DNA from: Diplonema japonicum
Taxonomy: Eukaryota > Protista > Euglenozoa: Diplonemea
Length of the DNA stretch: 64,000 bases
Direction of reading: 5' to 3'
Assembly: GCA_964019335.1 (NCBI GenBank)
Contig: OZ025704.1
Location: 1-64,000, forward strand
In this document: piece by piece, positions 21,001 through 34,285 of the stretch
How the letters are laid out: each line of letters begins with the position of its first letter
Numbering within the stretch: position 1 is the stretch's first letter
Program-made: the position numbers and the translations under genes
The notes under the pieces: model-generated
What the model was told of the DNA's origin: nothing
What the model saw: the letters and a program-made list of their open reading frames with translations, nothing else
The model's database searches: none

Positions 21001-24000
21001 ATGCGGCAACAAGCTGAGGAAGTTGTACTGAGGGAAATGATGGACGACCCATTCAAGCAAAGTGTTGTTAACAGCCTGCAACTATCAGCCAGAGATACGC
21101 TCGTCGAACGCAAAATAAAGGAACTGGAAATAGACACTGAAGGTTTACAGCAGCTCAAAGATAGAGCTGCTTCTATTGTGGCTACAAAACTAGAAACAAC
21201 AGAAGAAGTGCAGCATGCAGCGTCCTTAGTAGCTATAGAGGAGCTAAAAGTGAAACTCATGGCGGACGGGATCATACGCCAGCAAGCGATTAGTACTTTG
21301 AAACAGGATACAACTCTCAGAGACGAAGCGAGAGCTAATGTTCACCAAGAGCTGCTTACAAGTGGAGAGTCAGTTAGGGCCCTTGTTACACAACTCCAAG
21401 AAGATCCTGTTCAGTGGGGTGCTGTGAAAGAAAAAGCGCTGCAAGAGTTGTGTGAGAGAGCTAGATCAGATCCCGCTCTTCGCAAACAAGCAGAAGAAGA
21501 GGTGCAAAAAGAAATCGCAGAGCGGGACGGGAACATCTTGTACCAAAAGGCAATGCAACAGCTCCAGGAGTCATGTGTAAAAGAAATAGAGGTCGACGAA
21601 GAACAGATGCGGAGTCTCAGGGACAAGGCTGTGGCAAATAAGGCACAAGAGCTTGCTGGCGCGAATGAAGTATATGAAATGGCGATGCAGGCAGCGCTTG
21701 TAGAGGCTCTAAAGGATGATGAATTACACAAAAAAGCTCTTGCCCTCGCGCAAGAACAGGTTGCGGAACGAGAGGGTGAAGAACTGTGCACCGAAGCAAG
21801 AGCTATCTTGCTTGAAGCAACGATCTCAGAATTGAAGAATAGTAATGACCCGAAATTGACTGAAGAGGCGAAGGATGTGTTGCTCTCCGAACTAGTGAAG
21901 GACCAAGTGAAAGTCGCGGAGTTGCGGCAGGAAGTCTGCGACGCACTGAAGCAGAAGATCATGACTGACGAAGTGGAAGAACTCTCTGAAAAGGTCCGAC
22001 TTGTTATACAGCAAGAGGTTGCAGAGCGGGATGGAGCAGAGCTGTGTAACGAAGCACGCAAGAGCTTGATAGAAGAGATGCGGGAAAGCATCGAACAAGA
22101 CGAGCAGCACACAAACAGGCTGCATGAGGAAGCACGTGGTGACGTCAAGAAAGAGATAATGTACACCGAGTGGGATACCATACGGAGTGATATCATCGCA
22201 AGTGTGTCAGCGGACTTACTTGATGCTGAGGCGACAGAGCTGAGGGAGGAAGCGAGATCGTCCCTGGTGTGCGCAGCGATGCGGGACATCGAAGAGGACG
22301 TGGACGGCATGGACGCTGTGCGGGAGGACGCTTTCCAGAAGTTGAAACAAGAAGTGATACAATCGGAAAGAGAGGCGATTGTGGCTGAGGCGAGGGAGTG
22401 TATCAAGATCGAACTGATCGAAAGAGAAGGGGAACAGCTGTCAAAACAGTCTCATCTGCTGCTGCTCAACGAGCTGGTAGCGGAGCTTAAGGACGACGAG
22501 AGCATCGTCGAGGAGTTGCACAAACAGGCCGAGAACCAGCTGCGAGATGACATCGTCAGCAGCAAGGGCGACGACATACGAGTTGACCTTATTGAAAGGG
22601 AGCGGGAACGGATACTTAAGGAAGAGGGCGTATCTCTTAGGAAAGAAATTGAAGCAAAACTGAAGAAAGAGATGCAGAGCGCTCTAACTGAGTTAGAACT
22701 TAAGGAGATACACACCGCAGCAGTGGCAGAGATCAAGGCTGATCTTTTTGCTCACCGGAATGAGCACATCATTGCTGAAGCCACCAAGGAGATGCAAAAC
22801 GAGTTCCGAGCACGTGAAGGACCTACAGTTTACGACAGAGCACGGGACAGCCTAGCGCACACCATGCTCACCGACCTGAAGGAGGACAGCACACAGCTAG
22901 AGCTACTCAGAAGCGAAGTAAGGCAGGAGATTAAGGATGGTTTGCAGGAAGATGTCTCAGAGGAAATGACAAACTTGAGCTTTGCAACGGTAGAGGCCGC
23001 GTATAACATGATGCTGGAGACATTAGTGACAGAAGAAGAAGCCTTGCGGAAGGAGTGCTGCAACGCATATGGCTTGATTGTAGAAGTAATGAACATCCTT
23101 GCTTCTGAGAGTAAGGCAGAACCTTTCTGTGCAGATATCCCAACGCCATTGGGTACTCCTGAGCAAAAGCTTGACACATGGAACAAAGCAGTGACAGAAA
23201 GGGAACAGGCAGTATTCCATAGACATGCTGTACTGCTTGAGTTAGAAAAAAGCGTGAAGGGCACAGACCTTGTTGAACGTGTGCCGCCACCTCTCTCGCC
23301 TGAGCCCATCATGTCGAACATGAGCATGGCTGAGAGAGAACGTGCTCTCGAAAGGCGAGAGAGGACCGTTCTGCGTAACTGGGAAATCCTTATGCAGCGC
23401 GAGGCGAGCCTACTGCAATGCGCGCAAGATGCGCTGTACACCATTCCTGACGGACTGGATCTCAGCTTGCCTGGCAGCCCTTCAAAGGAGTCATTGGGCA
23501 GCCCGCAAGTCACTGAGAGTAGGAACGAAGACTCTTTTATTCCACATCTGGGTGACAGTGTGCCGACTACAGGCTCCACGCCCACAGAGGCGACGGAGTC
23601 AACGCCCACTGAAGCAAGGCTACCCGCAACACGCAGCGTGTGTACAGCACCTTCTCCATCCTCATCGTCACAGGCACCTGAGTCTTCTGAGCTAGTAAAG
23701 ACACCTGTAGGGGACTTGAGTGAGGAAACACGACGGATTAAAGAGGCCATTGAGACTCGCGAAGTAGTTGCAGCAGAGACAGGAAACGCGGGAAGGTTAG
23801 AAAAGGTGGTGAGAGAAGAAGATGTTGATAATGTAGAAAAAATAGAAAAACTACAAATAGCGGAGAACGCAGCAGCTCAAGAACCCCCGCTGCTTAGAAG
23901 ACTCGGGCCAAGAAAAGTTCGCACGTCCCGGCACCTCCCTCCGAAGAAGCGCCCTGATGATGAGCCTCTTGGCAGTGGTGCCTCGAACCTATCTCTTGAA

Positions 24001-25872
24001 GATCAGATACGACTCGGGCTGGTTGTTCTATCGCCACAAAGCCGTGGCGTTAGACAGAGGAACTTATCGCAACCACCGTCTCCACAGGTATGCACGCAGT
24101 CTCTTGCAAGCACTTTAGGCCAAAACGACGAATGTTTTGCAAAGACGGCAGTCAGCACCACCCGAATTTCTCAAGGTATGCCTTTGTACAGCAAGTAACT
24201 GACACAGCACGACTTCAACCTGGAGACACAGGACGTTTCATTGCCTTCAGCTTCGTGTGCTGGCAAGCTCCCTTCTCCCACCTTCGGTGAACTCACACAG
24301 TCCCTGCAACGGCAGTCTGGCGGCTTGTCTAGAATGCCAAATGCTCAGCCTTCTCAACAAACACCACCGGCAATAGTTAGTCTTGAGGCTGATTTTAACT
24401 GGTATACCATGTGCACCGACAAGGAGCAAATGGCCATCCACGAGTCACTTGTGTCTGAGGTCGCTGTTGCCATGGCAATACCTGCGTCTTGCATCACAGT
24501 AGAGTACGCAACCCAGGGCAGCATTAACTTCACTATGAAACTGTCACCTTTCGAAAACAGAACTGAGGAAGACCTCCTCGCGGCCTTTCATGCAATCAAA
24601 GATATTCCCTTACCTGCGACGTTGCAGCTCATTCGTGACATGCAGACTACTGCGCAGCAGGAACCCAAACCTGTATCACCAACAATGCTTGAATCGCAAC
24701 CAGCACACATCACGGTCCCTGCCGTCGCACTAGAACCAGTGTTGTCAATGGAACTTGAGGATACTGTTGGGACCAACTTGGAATCGAAAAACATCGTGTT
24801 TGTACAGATACCGCAAATAGACACGACACTAGAGCCAATTGTCGTACAAGAAGTAGAAAGCTTCACATCTGAACCTCCTGTTGAAGTGGTTGATGCGCAA
24901 CCAGCAGGTCCCGTCCCAACAGATGTTGTGACACCTGAGGCTATTCTAGAGCCAGTTGTGGAGCTATCAAAGCCTGAGTTTGATGACACAGCGAACGACT
25001 TGAAATCTGGAGACGTCATGCCTCTGACTATGGATTTGTCTGTAACACAACCAAGCTTAACACAAGTAGAAGAATCGAATCTTGTACCAGAATCTGCCGC
25101 AGAGCCCATACCTGAGCCGTCCAATGTGCCACAACCTGAACCTGTGGAGGTATTATTAAATGGGACAGAGCACAGTGAACCCGTACTTGAGTCGTCAGCA
25201 CCTGAGCCGTCCAACGTTCCACAACCTGAACCTGTGGAAGTGTTATTAAGTGAGACAGAGAGCCCTTTAACCTGCCAGCGTGCACGACAGAGGGAAGTAT
25301 CACCAGAGGTTACAGAATCACTAGAGATTGCATGGCCCCAGAACCCGCCCAGCGAAAATGTTTTGACCGAAGGACCTGCCAAATTGGACACGGCTGAAGA
25401 ATCCACTCCATTCAAAGGAGAACCATGCGAAGAGGCGTTGCAAATGGAGGCTCACGAGAGGACGCCTCCACCGAAGCAAATGACACCCCAACCCTGGATG
25501 AGGCCAAAGTCTCGATCTAAGTCCGCACCCAGAGCCCCACCCACGGGAGACGAAGTGAGGCAGTACGGACAAGGGGATCGGTTCGAACTGCAGCAATTGG
25601 AACTTGACATGGCCGACCTCCTCTCTTCAACCGAAAGGTTGCTGCGGAATGTTACGCCTAAAAAGCCAGAAAACCCCATGCGGAGGTGCCTCCGGAGACA
25701 GCACAGTATATCCCCTTCAAGGCCCAAGTGTACATCCCCTCCTTGGATACCGCCACCGGGCAGATCAAATCATAACCAACCACCACCACTCCCAATCTCC
25801 CCCCGTAGGGTTGTATCACGGTCTCGCTCTCGCACCCCTGTCCGCGATTCCAAGGGACCTAAACTCCCGTAG
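18069..25872 (+). CDS. Giant coiled-coil protein (~2568 aa), probably cytoskeletal, with a Pro/Glu-rich tail
   Basis: Introns 18396-18429, 24088-24118 and 24176-24207 join three track ORFs in frame. Recurrent QEVAEREG..L..EAR motif. A segment at ~24370-24600 (EVAVAMAIPASCITV…GSINFTM) resembles the SEA/FAZ1-like module. Confidence 0.85.
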
Positions 25873-26122
25873 TCTTGCTATCATATGTACTTTAGTCCTA
25901 TCCTGTTACTTAGAAATTAGAATTCTATATTTTGATCACCAAGTGTTGCAGAGCTGCCGCCGAGGCTGTCCAGCCATATATAACAGCAACACTTGGTGTG
26001 CCACACGTGTGCATGTACGTGTGCATCGCAGCTCTTTTCATGGATTTGCAAGTAAATTTATATTGATGTTGCAATTTTCGCCAAATCACCACAGAGCCAG
26101 CGAAAAAAAAAGGAAGAAAAAA

Positions 26123-27386
26123 ATGAAGAGGTCCATAGATGATGTAAACCAGGGCGTGATGTCCATGAACGACCCTAACAAGAGGTCGAGGAGTGACGAG
26201 GCCACAAGAAACCTCATGGTCAACTACCTGCCCAAGTCTATGGACGAAGCTGCTTTCACACAGCTGTTCCTCCGCTACGGGGAGATCGAGAGGTCCAAGC
26301 TGATGATGGAGCAGAGCACAGGCGAAAGCAAATGCTTCGGATTCGTCAAGTTCGTTGAGCCCGCTTGTGCCAACGCCGCCCTACAGGAGCTGAACGGCTA
26401 CGAGATTGAGGGTAAGAAGCTGAGAGTTGCATACAGTATGTCGTTAATTACAACCCCTTAAACCCTTACAGGCTCGAGGCCCATCTGCGATGTCTTTTTC
26501 TCCGGCTTCGGTGCCAACTTCACGACCGACCAGCTCAAGCAGCTAGCAAGCAAGTATGGTACCGTCTTGGACGCAAAGATTTTGGACCCTGCAAAGCACC
26601 CGAGGGGTGTTGGTTTCGTGCAGTTCTCTGAGCCCAGGGAGGCACAGGCATGCATCGAGGACCTCAACGGACTGGAATGCGGAGTGGATGGCCAGACGTC
26701 GTCCCTTATTGTGAAGTACGCCAAGTCGAAGGAGGAGCGCACCCGTGGTGCTGGTGGTGGCGGCGGCGGTGGTGGTGGCTTTGGCAACAACAACCTAGGT
26801 GGTAACAACGGTGGTAACATGCAGAACATGTTCGGGAACAACACTCTCGGTGCCTTGGGCGGCATGGGCATGGGTAATCAGCAAGGGGGCAACATGGACT
26901 TGCAGCAGCAGCTGTTCCTTAGCTTGCTTGCCAACCAGGGCACAAACCTGCAGAGTCTTGGTCTCGGGTCTCTTCAGCCCAACCTTGCTGCACTTGGGGG
27001 ACTCGGGAACCTTGGTGGTGGCAGCAACAGCGGCGGTGGCGGTGGTATGGGTGGTGGCATGGGCGGTGGCGGCATGGGCGGTGGTGGAATGGGCGGTGGT
27101 GGCGGCGTCCCCAACAACGTGCTGTTCGTGCGCGGTTTCTTTGAAGCTAACGAGAGTGAGGCCATGCAGCTCTTCGAGGGCTTTGGCTGCACAAGGGTAT
27201 GCAACACAGACAACAATACCAAGCACACAGGTTGACGTCCCGAAGGGGAGGGAAGGTAAGCCGAAGAACTTCTGCTTTGTGCACTTCTCAGACCAGACCG
27301 CGGCGCAGAACGCAATGAACAAGATGAACGGGTTCAACCTTCCCAACGGGAGGAGCCTGCAGGTGAAGTTCAGGGGCTCCAACTAA
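26123..27386 (+). CDS. Three-RRM RNA-binding protein (ELAV/Hu-like layout) with Gly/Asn-rich linker
   Basis: NLMVNYLP…KCFGFVKF, RGVGFVQF and KNFCFVHF. Introns 26436-26471 and 27197-27230. Confidence 0.9.
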
Positions 27387-28049
27387 ATGTACTTTAAGAT
27401 GACAAGTCGTTTAAAAAGGGAGAAGAGAACTAATTTATTGTAACAGAAGGGGAGATGAAAAATTTTAAAGTGTACTTCCCAGAAATTAAAAGGGTTTTAT
27501 AAAGAGGACAAAAAAATGCAAGTGTCCACCCTTTTGTGGAGGTTGTCCCTGTGCTGCTAGTTATTTGAGGGATTGCAGAAACAAGAAAGAAAAGATAAAA
27601 CCTGTGAAGCGAAGTTGGAGCTTAAAAGATTACTGAGGGAAAAAAAGTTTAAGTGTCTCCCCCCTCCTCCCCCATACTGGTCCCATACAGCTTGCCCAAT
27701 CCCATTTCCCCCTTTTTCTTTTTATATTCAACTGCATACTATCATCATTCTTGACGTGCTTTTTTGTTCTCCTTTCAGCAAAAAGAAGTTTCTTCTCCTC
27801 CATCTTACTGGTGTCGTAAGGTCTCTTTATTCCAAGTTCGTTTTTCTTACACACAAAAAATTTCCACCCTTTTTCTTCTTCTCACTGCAATGGTTGCTAA
27901 CACTTCTTCCCCATCATAGTGAAAAGAATTTTTTGTTGCTTTCTTTTTTTGGCCCTATTTCTCGGCCCACCATCGTTCCGTACACTGCCCTTTCGACCGT
28001 TGAAGGTGCTTACTTTCACCTTTCCGTATTTATCCTTTTTGTTTGGTTC

Positions 28050-28092
<43 letters not shown>

Positions 28093-28157
28093 ACTGGTTA
28101 CAATGGTATTCCTGTTTGTGCCCCATGTTGCAATTCAAAAATATTACTTTTCGGGAA

Positions 28158-28211
<54 letters not shown>

Positions 28212-28265
28212 AATCCCAACAAACCACTCCTCTTCACCCTTTTCGACACCCGAGTATCAGTTGAC

Positions 28266-29549
28266 ATGAACTTCCAAAAATGTGTCTTTGCCTTTGATGC
28301 TAATTCACGTGAGGTGCTCTCCGTGGCCGTCCCCGAGACAAGCACCCCTCCGCGGCTCATGCTGACGCTCGACGTGGTGCGGCAGAGGCTGAAGGGTGAG
28401 CAGGTGTACATAGACACAATCGAAGGTGAGGCAGAAGGCATGATCATGTGTAGACACTACGCGGCCAACAACTTGACTCTCTTCATCGCATCCAAGCAAC
28501 AGATCGACTCCAGAATAGGTAGCGGGCTCCTGCACCTCTTGTACCACACAATGATCTTGAATATCGGGCAAGAGACTGACTTCTGCGTCAGCAAACACGC
28601 GCTGCAGGTACAATTGAAAGAAGCCCTGAACCGGTGCAAAGCAGTCATCCAGAGTATTCTCACAACTCAGCGTGTCATGTCCCTACTCACTATTGCACCG
28701 CAACACAAGCTACTGGAAAAGGACACCTTACAAAAAATCTCTCCAGTCTTGAAGAAGATATCCGAGCGATGTGGTTCAGAAGTGACGTACCTTCTGAAGG
28801 GCCACGAAGTGCTCGACAAGCACGGCGGGTGGGGCGAGAAAGGCCTCGATGCAGAGGCCCTGCACTGGGCTATACCTTTGATGGCGAGCGCACAGTGTGC
28901 AGCTACCATGCGGGAGACAAGGATCCTGCTCTCTGACAGGAGGATGCGGATGGTGTCCTTGTTGCTCATCAAGGATGTCATGCTCGTGCTGCTGATAGAC
29001 GAGAGCAGAACGGATGGTCTGTCTGCGATAGCTGCGGCCGCTGTAGATTTATGTAAGTTTCTCATGGCGGATTGGATGGGTGGCGTGCCAAGCCCCCCGC
29101 TGCCCTCAAGCGTCTCTTCCATCACACTAGTTACGCTGCCGTGTGCCGAGTATTTAGCCAATCACCGAGATGACTGCAGCGACATGTGGTGGGTCCACAC
29201 ACGCTACACGCAAGTAACACAGACACACCCTTCGCGACCGCCGGTGATATCCACCACCACACACCCTCCTTGCACCACGCTCCTCTCTGCTCTCACGGCC
29301 CTTGCATTGCCCATACCTGCATCTACCAATATGCCTTCGTTCATCACTTCATCTTACCAAACACCCAAAACGGGTCCACCCACGGCCTGGCGGATCTACT
29401 CTGCCACCCCTGCAGCCACGAAGGTCATTCTCATCGCTTTACGATCGGCAGCCCGGGACATGGAACCCATCTGGGAGGAGGTTATGGAGCACCTCATGTC
29501 AAAGCAGAGAAAGAAGCTCTTAAAAGAGACAGGTTTCCTAGAAAAGTAG
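28266..29549 (+). CDS. Hypothetical protein, possibly a Fuzzy/longin-domain (CPLANE) family member
   Basis: Coding-like ORF from ATG 28266 (MNFQKCVFAFD). The pattern LLHLLYHTMILNIG…LKEAL…LT…W recalls Fuzzy; called by eye only. Confidence 0.55.
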   Translation: MNFQKCVFAFDANSREVLSVAVPETSTPPRLMLTLDVVRQRLKGEQVYIDTIEGEAEGMIMCRHYAANNLTLFIASKQQIDSRIGSGLLHLLYHTMILNIGQETDFCVSKHALQVQLKEALNRCKAVIQSILTTQRVMSLLTIAPQHKLLEKDTLQKISPVLKKISERCGSEVTYLLKGHEVLDKHGGWGEKGLDAEALHWAIPLMASAQCAATMRETRILLSDRRMRMVSLLLIKDVMLVLLIDESRTDGLSAIAAAAVDLCKFLMADWMGGVPSPPLPSSVSSITLVTLPCAEYLANHRDDCSDMWWVHTRYTQVTQTHPSRPPVISTTTHPPCTTLLSALTALALPIPASTNMPSFITSSYQTPKTGPPTAWRIYSATPAATKVILIALRSAARDMEPIWEEVMEHLMSKQRKKLLKETGFLEK

Positions 29550-29597
29550 AGTACTTATACGACTCAGTCTGGCACCTGGCACACTACACTACAGGAT

Positions 29598-30338
29598 ATG
29601 ACAGGTGCACAGTCGACAGACGAAAGCGAGGAAGAGTCCCCTGAGGGTGGGGTGCATCTTCCAGGGGAGCGCGTGGACGAGATGGACCCGTTGGATGAAG
29701 AGATTTCGCAGATCTGGGTGAAGGCACACATGGTGGGATTGCTGTGTTTATGTATGGGAATGGCTATTACTAGCAGAGTGCAAAGCAGACTGGAAACAGT
29801 AGCTTCTGCTGGGTGGTTGAGGGGGTGGGGATGGGGATTCTGTGCTGGTGGCATTGCGTTTCTCGTTGCGTCGGTGATCGTGCTCTCGCAGTGGCCTGAG
29901 GAGAGCAAAGGTGTCGGAGCAGCACTGCTCCTACTCGGGACCTTCATGCTGCTGACGGGGCCAGTCATTTTATACAACGGGAATGCAAAAATAATCAAAT
30001 TCCTGACAATGGAGGCCAACGCTATCTACGAGTTCCCAAAGGGCTGCGATGTGCAGGTTATCGATATCTCTCCTGACGAACCTAACGAGATCGACCCTAT
30101 AGCGCTGGCCACAGGAACTGTCATGGGACACCTCAAGGGCCGTGTCGCCGTCAAGCTGCATGATAAGTTCAACCGCTACCTCATGTCCAACGTGCAGCAA
30201 CGGCTGCCGAAGGACGGCTGCCTCTCTTGCGATGTCCTGATCTTACCTTATCACCTTGTGCGCATCAAGAAGATAGAAGCTCCCAACCTCCAGATCCCGT
30301 CGTACAAGGTTGCAGGGGTTGACCCTGATTTTGTTTAG
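29598..30338 (+). CDS. Hypothetical membrane protein (3 predicted TM segments)
   Basis: 246-aa ORF with an acidic N-terminus and three hydrophobic stretches. Confidence 0.75.
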   Translation: MTGAQSTDESEEESPEGGVHLPGERVDEMDPLDEEISQIWVKAHMVGLLCLCMGMAITSRVQSRLETVASAGWLRGWGWGFCAGGIAFLVASVIVLSQWPEESKGVGAALLLLGTFMLLTGPVILYNGNAKIIKFLTMEANAIYEFPKGCDVQVIDISPDEPNEIDPIALATGTVMGHLKGRVAVKLHDKFNRYLMSNVQQRLPKDGCLSCDVLILPYHLVRIKKIEAPNLQIPSYKVAGVDPDFV

Positions 30339-30566
30339 AATAGATGCTAGATTGTAAATGTTATTATTACGTACCTTCGAGTTTTAATTAACTTACCACA
30401 GGTGGACCTCGAGCACCGCACCAGCGGCACAATAGGGTCGTCATTTCCAAAGGATAGGGGCGAGGTGATTGTTAGTGCAACGTCATCTCTTAAAAAGGAA
30501 GAAAGAGCGATTCAAGGAAACAGTGATACAGAGAAGGGGGGTGGGGGAGACCCACCTCAGGACGGA

Positions 30567-32107
30567 ATGGAGCAGCCTCAAGCAACAGTGCCAGGTACAG
30601 TACCAGTAGAGTACGTACACAACGGAGGGAAGGGAAAAGACAAAGATAAAGAAGACCAGAAAGATGACCGCAAAGCGCGTCGGAAGCTGCCTTCAAGGGC
30701 AGGACACGAAACGAAGTTCGATGTGGGGCCCAGGTACCAGTTGGTGAAGTCCGTGGGTGCCGGCGCCTATGGGTTGGTGTGGTCCGCCATTGATGCGCAA
30801 GACCCGCCTGCACCCAGTCACGCTGCAAAGGGCAACGTAGCAATTAAAAAAGTTACAAACCCCTTCGCTCACAAGATAGATGCCAAGAGGCTCATGAGAG
30901 AAGTGCTCCTTCTGTCGTCGCTGAAGCACCGGAACATCCTCGGCTTTAGGGACCTCATCACATCTGAGGAAAACGGGATCATGGCCATGTACATCATAAC
31001 AGACCTGATGGACATCGACCTGCACAAGGTCATTAGCTCACGCCAGACGCTTACAGAGAGGCACATCCAGTGCTTCATGGCGCAGATTCTGATGGGCCTG
31101 CACTACATCCACTCGGCAGGCATCTTGCACAGAGACATTAAGCCTAGCAACGTCCTCCTCAACGAGGATTGCGAGCTGAGGATATGCGACTTCGGTCTGG
31201 CAAGGCCCATCCCAAGGAAGGCTGCCGAGGAGCACAAGGTGGACAACGACAACAGCAAGTTTATGACGGAATACGTGGTCACTAGGTGGTACAGGTCCCC
31301 AGAGCTGCTTCTACAGGAGACTTACTACACCACTGCTATAGACGTATGGTCGTGTGGGTGTATCCTTGCGGAGTTGCTTGGGAGGCGCCCTATCTTCCCG
31401 GGGAATGATTGTATGCCAAGTGAAATAATACAAAACAACACGTAGATATCGAACAACTCTTGTGCATCACGACCCTGTGCGGTACGCCTAGCGCTCAGGA
31501 CATCAGCAACATTGGCAGCAAGCAGGCACAGAACTTCATCAAAACCCTTGAGGAGAGGCAGCCAGTGTCCTTTGGCACAGTGTACCCGAACGCATCTCCA
31601 GAAGGTAGGCAATCCTTTTTCATGACCACACTACAGCCATCGATCTGTTGTCGAAGATGCTGAAGTTCAACTACCATGACCGGATAACGGTGAGCGACGC
31701 ATTGTCGCACCCTTTCTTACGGCACTTGAGCCAGATGGGGAAGGTATGCATGGGAAATGCAGCAAACACTGTCCACAGCCCGTCGCGAGCAGGAGGTTCC
31801 TCTTTGAGTACGACGGCATGAATTTATCATTGTCGCAGATGAAGGGTATGTAAGGGGGCGGTGGATGAATGACGAAAAAAAAAAAAAAAAAGAAATCGTG
31901 CTCCGTGAAGTGTGCAAATACCACCCCGAGACGCAGTCGCAACTGGATGAAGTGCATGACAAGAACATTCAGAACAGCGAGCCATTGCCACAGCCACTGC
32001 CTGCCAAAGAGGGTGAAGACGCCCCTGTGCTGCAAACCGACATTGTCGAAGCAGAAAAGGAAAAGGAACAGGAAAAGCCTGCCGAGGACAAACCAGACGT
32101 CGAATAG
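30567..32107 (+). CDS. Mitogen-activated protein kinase (TEY type)
   Basis: GAGAYG, VAIKK, HRDIKPSN, DFGLAR, MTEYVVTRWYRSPE. Introns 31411-31445, 31605-31636, 31744-31778 and 31846-31892. First in-frame ATG at 30567; the frame is open from an acceptor-like CACAG at 30401. Confidence 0.92.
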
Positions 32108-33180
32108 TACTCTCCTTCATTTTCCCTCCTTTTTATTTTCCGAAGAATCCAAAAAACTTAAAAAAAAAAAAAAAGCCAGTGCGATTATAGGGTGGGGATG
32201 CCAACACTTTTTATTTTTCTCTCTCTTTTCTTTTTTCTTTTATCCCCTCCACCCCCTTTTTTTTTCATGTCTTTTAGCTCACTTTTTTATTTCAAAGAAG
32301 GAAGAAAAAAAAAAAAACTGCTTTCTTTTCACACACACCCCGGGGAAAAAAAGAGCCAAAAGCTATATTTCTTTTCTTCTTGAAAGAAGGCAAGGCGGGA
32401 TGACATGAAGAAAGAAAGAAAAGAAATAAACACATAACGGCGGAGGTTTTTGAAAAGGGACATGGAGGAGTGACAGATCCCCCCCCATTCTTTTCTTATT
32501 CTTCTCCCCCCCCCTTTTTTTTGCAATGTAAAAGAACTTTTGGTCTTGGGTAACTCTTTGGTTGGTATTCACTTTTCTTTTAAAACTATAAACCTCTTTT
32601 TATTTGCCCTGTAAGAAAGGCGAACTCCCGGAATTATGTCCTTTTCCGGGTTGGGTTGGTTTCCTCTGAATAGTGGTAAGCGTTGAAGTGAAGCAGGAAA
32701 GAAGAAGAAGAAGAAGAAGAGGGGGGAGGAAAAATAAATCATTGTGCAGAGTTGATAAAGCAGCAGCAGCACAGGTGTGATTCAAGTGTAGCAGCAGTGA
32801 GACATAGGATGCCATGTGTCGGGTGTCTCCTTTCCGGGGAAAGAATAAAGAGGTTTACGATATTTCATGTCCAATGTACGGTTTTATTTCCCTCTCTCTC
32901 TCTCCGCCCGTCCTCCCCATCCTTTTTTTTTCTGGATATGCTCGTTACACCATTACCATTGATCTGCCTCTTTCCCTCCCTTGAAGTTGTCTCTTACCGC
33001 CGCTGCACCCTCACAACACTCCCCACCTCCTTTCTGGGATAAGATATGAGTCTCATAGGTGACCTCGTCAGGTGCCAAGCTTGCCGTGCTTGCCGTAATT
33101 AATTTTCTTTTTCTTCATATTCAAAAGATGACTTCTTTCGCTATTAGTTGTTAGGGTTCTGCCCACCATCGCCAACAGGG

Positions 33181-34212
33181 ATGCTGCTATGGTTGGTGTG
33201 CGTGCTGGCGACTGATAGGAGCTGCCAGTTCAGCGACGATGGGACTGCGGGGAGTGCTGCTGTATTCGGCAGCAGCGTAGGGGAGAAGACTGTTGTGCTG
33301 CAGGTGGTGGGCGATGTGTTCAGCAACAGTGCTGCGATGAGCCAGCTGGCAATCGACGCCGTCACAGGTCAAGCCGTCAGCCCAGGCTGGGACACCGTGA
33401 AAGATACAGCAGTTCAGGCTGTGTTCACAGCTGAGGATGACAGCCTCTTGGTGTTCAACATCACAGCGGACCCCGTCACCGTTACAGGCGACCTCCTCAC
33501 AGCCACCCTCCCAGGGGCCCTCTTTGCCTCGGGGCTCCCTCTTAACTGTTCTAACACTTGGACTATCCAGAACCTAACCGCTGCTACAGAGGAACTTCTT
33601 TCTTTATACACCTCTCTGAACGGCGCTCTGTGGACCAGCAACACTGGCTGGCTGGGGGACCTCACGCGGCCCTGCCACTGGCATGGCGTGGCCTGCATCA
33701 ACGACAGTATTACCGGGCTCTTCCTAAACAACAACAACTTAGAGGGTGTCCTTCTCGGCGGCATGCTGCAGGCCATCGGAGGAGACATTCGCGAGTTGCA
33801 CCTGGGCAACAACAAGCTGAACGGATCCCTCACTGACCTCCAGCTGCACGCTTTCACCCAGATCGAGACCATCTCCCTTATGAACAATGGCATCACAGGT
33901 ACCCTGCCTATTGAATGGGGGACTGTGCCCACGTTGCAGCAGATCATCTTGTACCGCAACGAGCTAGATGGCACGATCCCCGTCGAGTGGGGGAACATCA
34001 CAAGCCTCTCCACAGTACTCGTACACCAGAACTCCTTGTCGGGCACGCTGCCGGACTGGGGCAACCCCACGCACCCCATGAAACACCCCACTCTCAAAAA
34101 GTTGTGGGCATACGGCAACAACCTCACAGAGAGCCGTCCGGATGACGATGGCCTTGCTTTGCAAGAAGCCGCCTTCCCTTTTGGTCCAAGCAAAGCGAGC
34201 AACACACTTTGA
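33181..34212 (+). CDS. Secreted/surface leucine-rich-repeat protein, possibly C-terminally truncated
   Basis: Signal-like MLLWLVCVLA, LRR N-cap (WLG…PCHWHGVAC) and plant-type LRRs (LxLxxNxLxGTIPxEW). Confidence 0.8.
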   Translation: MLLWLVCVLATDRSCQFSDDGTAGSAAVFGSSVGEKTVVLQVVGDVFSNSAAMSQLAIDAVTGQAVSPGWDTVKDTAVQAVFTAEDDSLLVFNITADPVTVTGDLLTATLPGALFASGLPLNCSNTWTIQNLTAATEELLSLYTSLNGALWTSNTGWLGDLTRPCHWHGVACINDSITGLFLNNNNLEGVLLGGMLQAIGGDIRELHLGNNKLNGSLTDLQLHAFTQIETISLMNNGITGTLPIEWGTVPTLQQIILYRNELDGTIPVEWGNITSLSTVLVHQNSLSGTLPDWGNPTHPMKHPTLKKLWAYGNNLTESRPDDDGLALQEAAFPFGPSKASNTL

Positions 34213-34285
34213 AGTTAGTTTAGTGCGATATTAGTAGATAAACGTTTTTTCAACACAACCAGACAGGGCAACACTCGTTACTATC

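Noticed and set aside
27573-28265. N-terminal 231 aa of the 658-aa track ORF
   Set aside because: Poly-F/poly-K translation of T and A homopolymers; the likely real start is ATG 28266.
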